A program made the position numbers and the translations under genes. A stretch of 63,843 nucleotides of DNA, the filler included, from an uncultured Myxococcia bacterium (GTDB lineage: Bacteria; CAZTWC01), in the NCBI GenBank assembly GCA_964617105.1. It is 5 parts of 5 records of this genome, joined end to end, with 100 filler letters (N's around TTAATTAATTAA, not from the genome) between each part and the next. Parts side by side here need not be neighbours in the genome. Positions count along the whole stretch, not along the records: positions 27,218 to 40,494 come from CAZTWC010000082.1; positions 40,595 to 53,677 come from CAZTWC010000084.1; 3 more parts are not named here. The stretch is one strand, 5' to 3'. Shown here piece after piece: positions 37,973 to 47,507 of this stretch; within the stretch, counting starts at the first letter, position 1, and each line of letters opens with the position of its first letter. A model generated the notes under the pieces. That model had not been told where the DNA came from and did no database searches. It was given only the letters and a program-made list of their open reading frames with translations.

Positions 37973-39486
37973 TATCTTTCTCCTAAATTATGTGTATATT
38001 GAGAATAAAAAATATCGTTGTTACTAAAACTAATATTTTTATTTTGGTAATAAACTTCTTTTCCTAGACGAGCATAAACCATTTTAATAGCATGTTTATT
38101 GCTCGATGCATCTAAAATAACTTCACCTAAACATTTTCCACGCAAATATTCTGATATGATTGAAATTTCCATAACCCATATAAAATGAGGTAAAGAAATA
38201 TCTACTGGAAAAACTAATGAAACGACATCTTTTTCTATACCTGTTTCTATATTTATTGATAAATCTCTTTTGCGTTTTTTAAATGATTTTGCTGAAGTCA
38301 AAAAAAGACGACATATTACTTTTTCTTTATCTGGTTTAGATACAACCTTAAGTTCTTTTAATAATGCAGTAATGTTATTCTCGTCATACCAAGCATAACA
38401 AAATTTTCTAGCGTCTTGCGGAGGTAAATAGACTTTTTCTGGTAAAGGTATTACAGCCGTTTTAATATTTTCTACACTTATATCTATTTTATCTCCGTAT
38501 ATAGTTCCATAATTATCAATGTCTGTCTTATTGCCAAGCATCTGGTATGGAAAAAAATTGTCATCAACAGCAATATATTTATCAACTAATGAAAGACTGT
38601 CATAAAACCCATAATGATTACAAGTGGCATCACTTGGTAACTTGTTAAAAAGGGTATGTCCAATAATATTTATCACATGTCCTTCAAAACTCACTAAAAC
38701 AGGAAAACCAGATTCTATATATGAATAAAAATCATAATAAAAGGCAGAGTTACGTTTTCTTAAAATAGCAGGAAATGTTCCAAAATTTAACAATATATTT
38801 GAGTAATCTTTATAGGTCATTCCTCTGTAAGGAACCTTCCTTCCTTCTGAATTTTCAGCGAGATCAATTAAATCATATGGAAAAAAATCTTTATATACAC
38901 TATATCTTTCTGAAAGGTAACGACAGGCGCACCAGAGTGCTGTATGAGCACATACTGATGCTTCTGCATTTTGAGAACTATACGGATATCCTGTAACAAA
39001 ATATTCTGCCCCATTTATATTAACTTTGAATTTTGTTCTCAAGCAATAGAAATTACTTTCTGTATATCTAAGTTTAAATGGGTCAATAACTGTGCGACCT
39101 ATACATTTTTTTTCTATTGGCTGTATAACACTGTATCCTATATATGATTCTTGATAAATTTCCGGATAATAAACAATATCCTGCTCTGTTAATCCTTTTT
39201 CTGAAAAAAAATGTACTCTAGAGCAATAAGAAGAGCGTTCAATAAATTTTTTTGAAAAGAATTGACTATATAAATTTCTATAGTCTTTGCATATATAAAA
39301 TGGTTCAACAAGGATTGTCTTAACTATACCATGTAATCCATTTCTAAAAAAGTTTATTGCTGGAAGTGTAATATCATAGCATTTTATTGCCAATTTATTC
39401 CAATCTGATTCTTTTTCAATTGTAATAGTTTCTATAGACGAACATGGAAATTCAATTTGCATTTTTCTGTGCATTTTTTTATCCAA
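37972..39486 (-). CDS. Papain-fold (C39-like) cysteine peptidase family protein in the AT-rich island
   Basis: YSSQNAEASVCAHTALW (Q/C), YIESGFPVLVSFEGHVINIIGH (H), VDDNFFPY (D). Confidence 0.65.
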   Translation of the reverse strand: MDKKMHRKMQIEFPCSSIETITIEKESDWNKLAIKCYDITLPAINFFRNGLHGIVKTILVEPFYICKDYRNLYSQFFSKKFIERSSYCSRVHFFSEKGLTEQDIVYYPEIYQESYIGYSVIQPIEKKCIGRTVIDPFKLRYTESNFYCLRTKFKVNINGAEYFVTGYPYSSQNAEASVCAHTALWCACRYLSERYSVYKDFFPYDLIDLAENSEGRKVPYRGMTYKDYSNILLNFGTFPAILRKRNSAFYYDFYSYIESGFPVLVSFEGHVINIIGHTLFNKLPSDATCNHYGFYDSLSLVDKYIAVDDNFFPYQMLGNKTDIDNYGTIYGDKIDISVENIKTAVIPLPEKVYLPPQDARKFCYAWYDENNITALLKELKVVSKPDKEKVICRLFLTSAKSFKKRKRDLSINIETGIEKDVVSLVFPVDISLPHFIWVMEISIISEYLRGKCLGEVILDASSNKHAIKMVYARLGKEVYYQNKNISFSNNDIFYSQYTHNLGER

Positions 39487-39842
39487 TTTTGAAAAGCAAT
39501 TAACTTTTTTTAAATGTAAAAAGAAATAAACGGCCTTTTATAATATCTTATCATAGTTATTTCAAACGCTCAAATATATTTTCTTTTATAATATTAAACA
39601 GTTAGACTTTTGTGGCTGGTTTTATGCATGAGTCAATGCTCTTTACTTTTAATTATGACGAGTCTAATCAGTTCTATAACATGAAAATAGACTGCTCTTT
39701 TCCTATTTATCAATATCTCCAATAGTTTCTCATATTAAAAATAATATTCTTTAAGTTGTCGTTAATTTAACTAAAATTGTCTATGAGAAACATTTTTTGG
39801 CTGAATATATAATACTGCGTTTTCATAAGATAACGGATATGC

Positions 39843-40048
39843 TCAATTCATTAAGTTGGCAGGACTAATTGTTAGGGCATTCGCTATTTTTAAGATTGTT
39901 TCTATAGTTGTTTTTTAGGTCCTCTTTCTATTGTTGAAATAAAGACTGAGTGCAGACCAGACTTTTCTTCAAGTTGCTCTTGAGGAAATACTTTTTCTTT
40001 TTTTAAAATAGCAATAATCTTGCCTAAAGACTGCCTGTCTTGATTCAT
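39843..40048 (-). pseudogene. XRE-family (C-protein-like) HTH regulator, frameshifted in an A6 run
   Basis: MNQDRQSLGKIIAILKKEKVFPQEQLEEKSGLHSVFISTIERGPKK | TTIETILKIANALTISPANLMN-stop. Confidence 0.7.
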
Positions 40049-40195
40049 GTTAATCTCAATAAAATTAGTATTATTTTAATCTAAAAAGTTCTTGACATGA
40101 GCAATCTATAGGGTAAATTATTGTGATATGTTAGTCGTTAGGCTTAACTTGTTGTTTTAATAAATTATTTTTAAGAATAAGAAATAAGAGGAATA

Positions 40196-40494
40196 ATGTA
40201 TAAATTTCACAATGAGTTTGTTTTGATTATTTTTGCTTGTATATTAATTTTAGCAGTATCATGTTCAGACAAAGAGAAAAAAAATAAACCTAAAGCAATA
40301 AAGGGAGTTATAGATTTAACAAATTGGGATTTTAAAAAATATGGTGAAATTAAATTACACGGAATGTGGAAATTTAAATGGTTAAAAAATATCATTACTT
40401 ATTCTAAAATAAATTATAAAGATGAAAATTGGGATTATATAACTCACATTCCCCACCCCTACCAAATTAATATCCCTATTTTATCAAACTATAA
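40196..40494 (+). CDS. 7TM-DISM-type sensor, extracellular N-terminus (truncated)
   Basis: Lipobox-like LAVSC, PKAIKGVIDLTNWDF...IKLHGMWKFKW. Confidence 0.6.
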
Positions 40495-40594
40495 NNNNNN
40501 NNNNNNNNNNNNNNNNNNNNNNNNNNNNNNNNNNNNNNTTAATTAATTAANNNNNNNNNNNNNNNNNNNNNNNNNNNNNNNNNNNNNNNNNNNN
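40495..40594. other. Artificial contig linker
   Basis: N-run/TTAATTAATTAA/N-run. Confidence 0.99.
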
Positions 40595-40620
40595 TCAAAA
40601 CTAATAAACCCGAAATCAAA

Positions 40621-41331
40621 GTGAATAAACCGGAAAATCATGACCACCTGGATAAATGGATCGCCCTGCTAAAAACCAATGTGGTGGAAGATAGATTAAT
40701 GGCTGTTAAAAAATTGGCGGAGTATAAAACCTCAGAAGCCGCCGAACCTTTAATCGACTTGTTGCGAAACTGCATGCATTTTCAGTCTCGGCGCGAAACC
40801 TCCCTGTTGATATTAGACGCCCTTGGCGGTATTGATGATCCTCAAAGCACTAAAGGTATTTTATATGCCCTGACTAAAAGCCAGTCTTATGAAGTGCAGA
40901 GAAAGGCCATAGATATCCTTGGCGTATCTACTTTTAGCCATGCGATTTCTACTTTGCCGTCAATTATCCTTGACCAGAAAAAAACCACCGACATCAGAAA
41001 AAAAGCGATATTAGCCTTAAAGAAGCACCAAAAAGCAGAAAATATCAGGGCGCTTATAAAAGTAGCCTGCGAACTGTTAGATGAGCGCGATGATGAATTG
41101 CGGCGCCTGGCCCTGGCCGGACTGATCGAAAAAAAGAAAAAAGTGAACGATTTGCTGGACCGAGATTTAAAGGGTAAAAACCATAAACGTAAACTGTATG
41201 CGGCTAAAGTACTGGGAGATATTGGCATATCCAGCGATGTACCAAAATTAAAAATCCTTATGGAGACCGAAGCAGGAAACGAAATTTCAAAAATCGCTGC
41301 AGAAAGCGCACTACTACTCTACTTTACCTGA
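40621..41331 (+). CDS. HEAT-repeat protein (may be 5' truncated)
   Basis: Repeated R..A...LG/LA helical units. Confidence 0.75.
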   Translation: MNKPENHDHLDKWIALLKTNVVEDRLMAVKKLAEYKTSEAAEPLIDLLRNCMHFQSRRETSLLILDALGGIDDPQSTKGILYALTKSQSYEVQRKAIDILGVSTFSHAISTLPSIILDQKKTTDIRKKAILALKKHQKAENIRALIKVACELLDERDDELRRLALAGLIEKKKKVNDLLDRDLKGKNHKRKLYAAKVLGDIGISSDVPKLKILMETEAGNEISKIAAESALLLYFT

Positions 41332-41373
41332 TTAGTGCCTGAACAAGCCAAAACCGTAAACAAAGGGTAAAAT

Positions 41374-42189
41374 ATGGAAGATATCCAATACCGGAATGCA
41401 CATTATAAACTCAGTGAAATTAAACATAAATACGGCCCCAATATTCATATCATTTCCGATCCGTATCTGTTGACTCTCTGTGTCCGGCTGTCCGATGCCA
41501 AAACTGTCCAACCCGGTATCAACTATTTGGTAAAGGAAACTTACAGCAGCCTGTTGAAAATGGTTATTAATAACGAATTCCCCCAGTCTATAACCGAAGT
41601 CAGAACCAGGATGTACGCCACTACCCACAGGGGGGTATTCAGAGGCGAACTGCTAAAAAACCGCGTTAAGATAGTAACTATAGCCATGGCCAGAGCCGGG
41701 ACATATCCATCACAAATATGTTATGACAAACTCAACCTTCTCTTTGATCCCGAATTAATCAGACAAGATCACTATTATATCAATCGAGTAACTGATGAAG
41801 AGGAGCATGTTACCGGAGCCAACATTCACGGTTCAAAAGTTGGAGGCAATGTGGATGGATCGATTATGTTGATTCCCGATCCTATGGGAGCTACCGGAAC
41901 CTCCATAAGCACTATCCTTACCAGGTATAAAGAATCCTTTGAAGGAATGCCTAAAAAAGTAATCTCCATGAATTTGATGATTACCCCCGAATTTATAAAA
42001 CGTCTGACCGATGAATTTCCCGACATAAGGATCTATGCGGTCAGGCTGGACAGAGGACTTAGTTCCAGAGAAATTTTACTATCCACCCCCGGAGAAAATT
42101 GGGATCAAGAAGTTGGACTCAACGACAAGCAATATATTGTCCCCGGAGGAGGTGGTTTTGGAGAGTTGATGAACAATGTGTATGTTTAA
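41374..42189 (+). CDS. upp: Uracil phosphoribosyltransferase (long form)
   Basis: MARAG, LIPDPMGATGTS, GLNDKQYIVPGGGGFG. Confidence 0.85.
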   Translation: MEDIQYRNAHYKLSEIKHKYGPNIHIISDPYLLTLCVRLSDAKTVQPGINYLVKETYSSLLKMVINNEFPQSITEVRTRMYATTHRGVFRGELLKNRVKIVTIAMARAGTYPSQICYDKLNLLFDPELIRQDHYYINRVTDEEEHVTGANIHGSKVGGNVDGSIMLIPDPMGATGTSISTILTRYKESFEGMPKKVISMNLMITPEFIKRLTDEFPDIRIYAVRLDRGLSSREILLSTPGENWDQEVGLNDKQYIVPGGGGFGELMNNVYV

Positions 42190-42742
42190 AAATTTTACCC
42201 GCCCTTTAACTACCAGACCAAATAATTTCGAGGTGCTATTCTCCAGCCAACAGATTCAGGAGAAGGTTATTGAGTTAGGTGAAGGCATCAGCAAATATTA
42301 TCGTAAACAAAAAGAACCGCTGGTGTTAATAGGCGTATTAAAAGGCTCATTTATTTTTATGTCCGATCTCTGCCGTCATATCGATGTAAATCATTCCTGC
42401 GACTTTTTAGGTCTATCTAGTTATGGAGACGAAACTGTTTCCTCGGGTATTGTAAAAATAACTTCTGATTTGAGTGATACCATTAAAGGTAAAAACATAT
42501 TGGTGGTGGAGGATATACTTGACACCGGCCTGACCATGAAATACCTGATAAAAAATCTTAAAACCCGTCAGCCCAATAGTATTAGGCTGTGCTGTCTGTT
42601 AAAAAAAGTGATTAACCAGGCCAGCGATATCAATATTGATTATTTAGGATTTACTATCCAGGACGTTTTTGTAATTGGTTACGGACTGGATTACCAGGGA
42701 GAATACCGGAACATTCCTTACATCGGTTATGTCACCAAATGA
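42176..42742 (+). CDS. hpt: Hypoxanthine phosphoribosyltransferase (start may be 42182)
   Basis: GVLKGSFIFMSDL, LSSYG, LVVEDILDTGLT, FVIGYGLDY. Confidence 0.95.
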   Translation: MCMFKNFTRPLTTRPNNFEVLFSSQQIQEKVIELGEGISKYYRKQKEPLVLIGVLKGSFIFMSDLCRHIDVNHSCDFLGLSSYGDETVSSGIVKITSDLSDTIKGKNILVVEDILDTGLTMKYLIKNLKTRQPNSIRLCCLLKKVINQASDINIDYLGFTIQDVFVIGYGLDYQGEYRNIPYIGYVTK

Positions 42743-42758
42743 ATGGAGATAGATAATT

Positions 42759-43112
42759 ATGTGCAGCCAAAATGATGATGATAGTAAACGAGAACATTCC
42801 AGATTACATACCACTATTAAGATTGAGTATGGATTGATCATCGATTCTTTTATAGACTACTCTAAAAATTTTAGCAAAGGCGGTATTTTTATTAATACAT
42901 CCCGGCCTTACCCCATTGGCAGCAAATTACAACTGCGATTTTCTGTGCCGGGTCGAAAAAAATCGCTTCAATTGATTGGAGAGGTGGTTCATATAGTATG
43001 GAGTGGAAAAAATAATGATGAGGAATCCACAGAACCGGGAATGGGAGTTAAATTTACCAACTTGAGCAAGGCTGACAAAGGGGCTATAAATAAATTGCTC
43101 AATAAAGAATAA
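42759..43112 (+). CDS. PilZ domain protein (TIGR02266-like)
   Basis: KREHSR, NFSKGGIFI, PGMGVKF. Confidence 0.85.
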   Translation: MCSQNDDDSKREHSRLHTTIKIEYGLIIDSFIDYSKNFSKGGIFINTSRPYPIGSKLQLRFSVPGRKKSLQLIGEVVHIVWSGKNNDEESTEPGMGVKFTNLSKADKGAINKLLNKE

Positions 43113-43132
43113 TGTTCAACTAGATATTCGAA

Positions 43133-43327
43133 ATGACTAAAATAACGGACCAGACTAAATTAAAAAAAGGCGACCGGATTGTGGTAAAGGATGGGGTGCA
43201 GTGGCAAGGTAAAAATTTATCGAAAATGCGAGGAGTTATCCAGCGCATTTCCGGCTATACCTATATAAATATTCCTGGAGTCGGAGAAGATATACCACTG
43301 CTAAGATACGAATTTGAACTGGATTAG
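43133..43327 (+). CDS. Small hypothetical protein (KOW/SH3-like)
   Basis: LKKGDRIVVK; co-oriented at the operon end. Confidence 0.55.
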   Translation: MTKITDQTKLKKGDRIVVKDGVQWQGKNLSKMRGVIQRISGYTYINIPGVGEDIPLLRYEFELD

Positions 43328-43346
43328 TTGTCAACCCGACCATGAG

Positions 43347-44225
43347 TTACTGATTTTTTTTTCCTCTTAATGCTCTGTCCACCGCTTCTGCCATCACTTC
43401 CAATGGAGCATCTTTTCCTGTCCACAACTTAAAAGATTTGCCACCCTGAGATACCAACATCTTTTCTCCGCTGATTATGTTCTGGAACTTTTCCTCTTTG
43501 GCCCAATTGATAAAAGCCCGGGGAATAGGGTTATAATTGAGGTCAAAGGCAACTATTTTATGGCTACCAGAGTTGAATTTAATTCGCCCAAATAATTTCT
43601 GTGCCACCTGACCAGGCAGACAATTTACTAAAAATATAGCGCCTGGTAATAATTCTATCTGCTCATTAATTTTTCCAATCTTCCGCGCCGAAAAATCAGT
43701 ATTCGAAAAAAGAGGGGCAAAATCTGCCGCTATTTTTTCTGCTCTGGCCAGGGTTCGGTTAAAAATCCTTACCGCCATAGCCTTCTCTTTAGCCAGGGCA
43801 TAGGCGGCTGCTCTAGCGGCTCCGCCAGCACCCAGAATATTGGCAACGGCTCCCTGAATTTCAACACCACACCCCGCTATCGGATCTACAATTCCATCCA
43901 AATCGGTATTGTAGCCCCAAAGTTTTCCCGACCGATTGACAATCGTGTTGATTGCACCAATCTCTGCCGCTTCCTGGCTGAAATTATCCAGAAAAGGGAA
44001 CACCTGATTTTTATATGGGATAGTGACATTAACGCCCAACCAGTTGAAGCCACGAATAGATTCAATCGCAGTCGGCAAAAAGTCGGGACAAAATTGAAAG
44101 CAAAGATATACCGCGTTTTGCCCATTCTGCCGAAAAGCCTGGTTGTGCATCAAGGGAGATAGGGTATAAGATATATTTTGGCCAAAGATGCCGCATATTT
44201 GGGTAGATGGCGAGATAATTTCCAT
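43347..44225 (-). CDS. aroE: Shikimate dehydrogenase
   Basis: LSPLMHN, NVTIPYK, GAINTI, GYNTD, LGAGGAARA, NRT. Confidence 0.95.
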   Translation of the reverse strand: MEIISPSTQICGIFGQNISYTLSPLMHNQAFRQNGQNAVYLCFQFCPDFLPTAIESIRGFNWLGVNVTIPYKNQVFPFLDNFSQEAAEIGAINTIVNRSGKLWGYNTDLDGIVDPIAGCGVEIQGAVANILGAGGAARAAAYALAKEKAMAVRIFNRTLARAEKIAADFAPLFSNTDFSARKIGKINEQIELLPGAIFLVNCLPGQVAQKLFGRIKFNSGSHKIVAFDLNYNPIPRAFINWAKEEKFQNIISGEKMLVSQGGKSFKLWTGKDAPLEVMAEAVDRALRGKKNQ

Positions 44226-44265
44226 TGGTAAATTTACTACTTTACTCCTGGTGTTCTGTATAGTA

Positions 44266-45186
44266 TTAGGCTAGTATCTCACGGGCCATTTTCTCATCGA
44301 CTTTAATTGCCTCTATTAAGGCATCTACAGTGGCAAATTTTCTCTCTGCCCTGATCCTTTTGTAGAAGAATAACTCCACCTGACGAAGATATATATCCTC
44401 TTTAAAATCAAACAGGAACACCTCTATCAATTTATCCTCTGTATCACCAAAAGTAGGGCGGTAACCAACGTTTACTACGCCATTAAACATCCCTTCAGGT
44501 AATTTTAACCGGCAGGCATAGACCCCTGGTCGAGGCACCAGTTCATTGATAGTATCGATATTGGCGGTAGGAAATCCCAGTTGCCGGCCCCGCCCTACAC
44601 CTACTGCCACATGACCTGATATGGAAAAAGGACGCTGAAGCAACAATTGGGCACCATACACATGACCTTCCATAAGGAACGCTCTAATCTTGGTGCTGGA
44701 AACTAAAAGCGAATTTACCTTTACCGGTGCTTCCACTTGAACTTGAAAATCTTCACTCTGATAGGATTGTAATACTTCAATACTACCCGAACGCATATGT
44801 CCAAAAGTGAAGTCATACCCAACATAAAGACGCTTTACGCCTAAACGGGAGACCAATTTTTCCTCAATAAAACTGGCAGGAGAAATAGCAGCGAATTCCA
44901 TGTTGAACGGTTGTATTATCAGGTAATCTAAATCGAAAGCGGTCAGAAGTTCTATTTTTTTCCCCAGGGGAGTGATAATAGAAGGTGCCAAATCCGGGAC
45001 AGTAATTTTGGTAGGATGAGGTTCAAAGGTTAAAAGTCCTGCCTTTTCTCCCTTTGATTTTGCCTTTTTGACCATTTTCTTCAAAATAGACTGATGTCCG
45101 GCATGGACTCCGTCATAATTACCTATAGCCAAATATGGAACTTTGATATCCTCACTCAGACTTTCTATTCCATTAATTAATTCCAT
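44266..45186 (-). CDS. ribF: Riboflavin kinase/FAD synthetase
   Basis: IGNYDGVHAGH, VSSTKIR, GRQLGFPTAN, NVGYRPTF. Confidence 0.97.
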   Translation of the reverse strand: MELINGIESLSEDIKVPYLAIGNYDGVHAGHQSILKKMVKKAKSKGEKAGLLTFEPHPTKITVPDLAPSIITPLGKKIELLTAFDLDYLIIQPFNMEFAAISPASFIEEKLVSRLGVKRLYVGYDFTFGHMRSGSIEVLQSYQSEDFQVQVEAPVKVNSLLVSSTKIRAFLMEGHVYGAQLLLQRPFSISGHVAVGVGRGRQLGFPTANIDTINELVPRPGVYACRLKLPEGMFNGVVNVGYRPTFGDTEDKLIEVFLFDFKEDIYLRQVELFFYKRIRAERKFATVDALIEAIKVDEKMAREILA

Positions 45187-45286
45187 CTATTATTTCCTTA
45201 GGGGCGCCTACAAAAATTTGTTTAGAGAGATTTATGATTAATTTAAAAAAAAAATACACTATTTTTCCTATCATTTAAAATTATTA

Positions 45287-45315
45287 TTGACAATAAAAAA
45301 GAACCTGACTAAAAT
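45287..45315 (+). promoter_or_regulatory. Sigma70 promoter of the tRNA-Val/infC operon
   Basis: TTGACA-17 bp-TAAAAT. Confidence 0.8.
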
Positions 45316-45412
45316 TAGCTTTTCAATGCCCATTCGAATCTCTACTTTGTTGTAGATAACTTTTGCATGGGCAGAAGTCAACCCGGCATTAATATGCTGG
45401 GAGTTAATTTGC

Positions 45413-45487
45413 AGGCGCGTAGCTCAGGGGGAGAGCACTACCTTGACGCGGTAGGGGTCGTCGGTTCAAATCCGACCGTGCCTACCA
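45413..45487 (+). tRNA. tRNA-Val(GAC)
   Basis: AGGCGCG/CGTGCCT acceptor, CTACC-TTGACGC-GGTAG anticodon arm, GGTTCAAATCC, CCA. Confidence 0.96.
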
Positions 45488-45500
45488 GAACTATTTTATG

Positions 45501-45534
45501 ACCCCCCCGCTTCCCTGAGCGGGGGGGTTTCTTT
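45501..45534 (+). terminator. Intrinsic terminator after tRNA-Val
   Basis: ACCCCCCCGC-loop-GCGGGGGGGT followed by TTCTTT. Confidence 0.75.
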
Positions 45535-45613
45535 AACCTGATGCTTTACCGCAATACAGTGGTAAAAATAAGCGTAAAAAGGTTCGGGCATAACACTAAC
45601 AAAGGAGGTTACT

Positions 45614-46153
45614 ATCAAGAGAGATAATAAGGTCGCACCAAAATCGGGTAATAGAACCAATTTTGATATTAAATGTGACGAGGTGAGAGTTATAGATGCT
45701 GATGGCGAGCAATTGGGAATAATGGAGCCGAAAAAAGCGGTGGAGATAGCATCTGCCAAACATATGGATCTGGTTGAGGTTTCACCAAAGGCAAGCCCTC
45801 CAGTTTGCCGGATTATGGATTATGGCAAGTACAAGTATCAGCAAAAAAAACGACAACAGGAAGCCAAGAAAAAACAAGTTATTATAAAATTAAAAGAGAT
45901 CAAGTTTCGCCCTAAAACTGATAGTCACGATTTCGATTTCAAAATCCGTCACATTAAAAAATTTATCGGTGACGGCGACAAGGTGAAAGTGACCATAATC
46001 TTTAAGGGACGAGAGATAATTCACCAGGATTTGGGCTTTGATTTAATTACCAGAATCAAGCAAGAAGTGGTGCAGGAGTGTCAGGTAGAACAAGAACCTA
46101 AGATGGAAGGCCGAAATATGGTGATGATATTAGGAGCTAAAACTAGTAAGTGA
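45614..46153 (+). CDS. infC: Translation initiation factor IF-3 with a non-canonical ATC start
   Basis: AGGAGG RBS then in-frame ATC 23 codons upstream of the listed GTG; VRVIDADGEQLG, DLVEV, PPVCRIMDYGK, KEIKFRP. Confidence 0.95.
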   Translation: MKRDNKVAPKSGNRTNFDIKCDEVRVIDADGEQLGIMEPKKAVEIASAKHMDLVEVSPKASPPVCRIMDYGKYKYQQKKRQQEAKKKQVIIKLKEIKFRPKTDSHDFDFKIRHIKKFIGDGDKVKVTIIFKGREIIHQDLGFDLITRIKQEVVQECQVEQEPKMEGRNMVMILGAKTSK

Positions 46154-46194
46154 AAAAACCTGACGGACTTCAAAAAAGAGGATGAGGTTTTAAA

Positions 46195-46395
46195 ATGCCA
46201 AAGATGAAAACCAACCGAGGCGCAGCCAAACGGTTTAAAAAAACGGGCAGCGGAAAAATTATGCGAAAAAAGGCTTTTGCCAGCCATATATTGACCCATA
46301 AGTCACGTAAGCGGAAAAGAGGCCTGCGGGAAAAACCCGTGGTTGCCAAAGACAATATAAAACAGGTAAGAGCGTTGATGCCTTATATGGTGTGA
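46195..46395 (+). CDS. rpmI: 50S ribosomal protein L35
   Basis: [21 protein letters not shown]. Confidence 0.98.
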   Translation: MPKMKTNRGAAKRFKKTGSGKIMRKKAFASHILTHKSRKRKRGLREKPVVAKDNIKQVRALMPYMV

Positions 46396-46423
46396 ACTCT
46401 AAAGTCAACAGCAGGAGAATAAA

Positions 46424-46768
46424 ATGGCCCGCGTAAAAAGAGGATATACCGCCAGAAGACGGAAAAAAAAGATTTTAAAACTAGCCAAAGGGTTCCGTGG
46501 TGGTAAGGGAAAAAATTATGTACAAGCGCGACAGACGGTTGAAAGAGCCCTCTGTTACATGTATAGAGACAGAAAAGTCAGAAAAAGAGAATTCAGGCGT
46601 TTGTGGATTATTAGGATAAATGCAGCCGCCCGTATACATGGGCTCTCATACAGCAAGTTTATGCATGCTTTAAAGAACAACGATATCGAACTTGACCGTA
46701 AGGTTTTGGCTGATATTGCGGTCTATGATGAACAGGGATTTGCTGATTTGGTAAAAAAAGTTAGTTAG
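46424..46768 (+). CDS. rplT: 50S ribosomal protein L20
   Basis: [38 protein letters not shown]. Confidence 0.98.
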   Translation: MARVKRGYTARRRKKKILKLAKGFRGGKGKNYVQARQTVERALCYMYRDRKVRKREFRRLWIIRINAAARIHGLSYSKFMHALKNNDIELDRKVLADIAVYDEQGFADLVKKVS

Positions 46769-46835
46769 TGTCCGATTTTGAAGGCACTCGGATAACCAAA
46801 CCCAGAATCTGAAATCTACGCTGCCAAGGAACCCC

Positions 46836-47204
46836 ATGGAAATTAACTTAGACCTTCCCGATAAACTATTTTTTAAAATCGGTGAGGTCAGTAAGTTACT
46901 GGGGGAGGAAACTCACACACTCAGATTTTGGGAAAAAGAATTTCCAACTATCATTAAACCGGAAAAATCACGCACTCAACAGAGATTATATAAAAAGCGG
47001 GATATTGAAAATTTCTACTGGATAAAAAAATATTTACGCGAGGAAAAATATACCATCTCCGGAGCCCGGGATAAAATGCGGCAGGCTAGTGGAAAAAAAA
47101 CGGAAGCCAGTCAGGCAGAAAAATCCCAACTGGATCTGGACTTCTTAAAAAAAATTAAAGGTGAAATAAAAGAAATTATAAACCATATTCAACAAGTAAA
47201 ATAG
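46836..47204 (+). CDS. MerR-family HTH regulator (type usually found after ihfA)
   Basis: LPDKLFFKIGEVS, TLRFWEKEF, YTISGAR. Confidence 0.9.
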   Translation: MEINLDLPDKLFFKIGEVSKLLGEETHTLRFWEKEFPTIIKPEKSRTQQRLYKKRDIENFYWIKKYLREEKYTISGARDKMRQASGKKTEASQAEKSQLDLDFLKKIKGEIKEIINHIQQVK

Positions 47205-47208
47205 TTGT

Positions 47209-47287
<79 letters not shown>

Positions 47288-47292
47288 TTATT

Positions 47293-47329
47293 AAAGGTCG
47301 TTAAGTGTCATACTTAACGACCTTTTTTT
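47293..47329 (+). terminator. Intrinsic terminator after tRNA-Pro
   Basis: AAAGGTCGTTAAGT-GTCAT-ACTTAACGACCTTT followed by TTTT. Confidence 0.85.
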
Positions 47330-47507
47330 ATGTGTAGCAAGCAAGGGTGAGGCGCTTATAGGGCAGTGGACAACGAGGAAGAAGTGCCTACGTTGAGGAC
47401 GATTTGGGGTATGAACACAACAAGAAAATAGATTTAGGCAGACAATAAATGATATCTCCAGTATTGTTTTAATAGCAATAAGCATGGCTGAGGATTAAAG
47501 TTGATTA

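Noticed and set aside
45326-45405. Hairpins between the promoter and tRNA-Val as a separate ncRNA
   Set aside because: No recognisable family motif; most simply a precursor leader structure.
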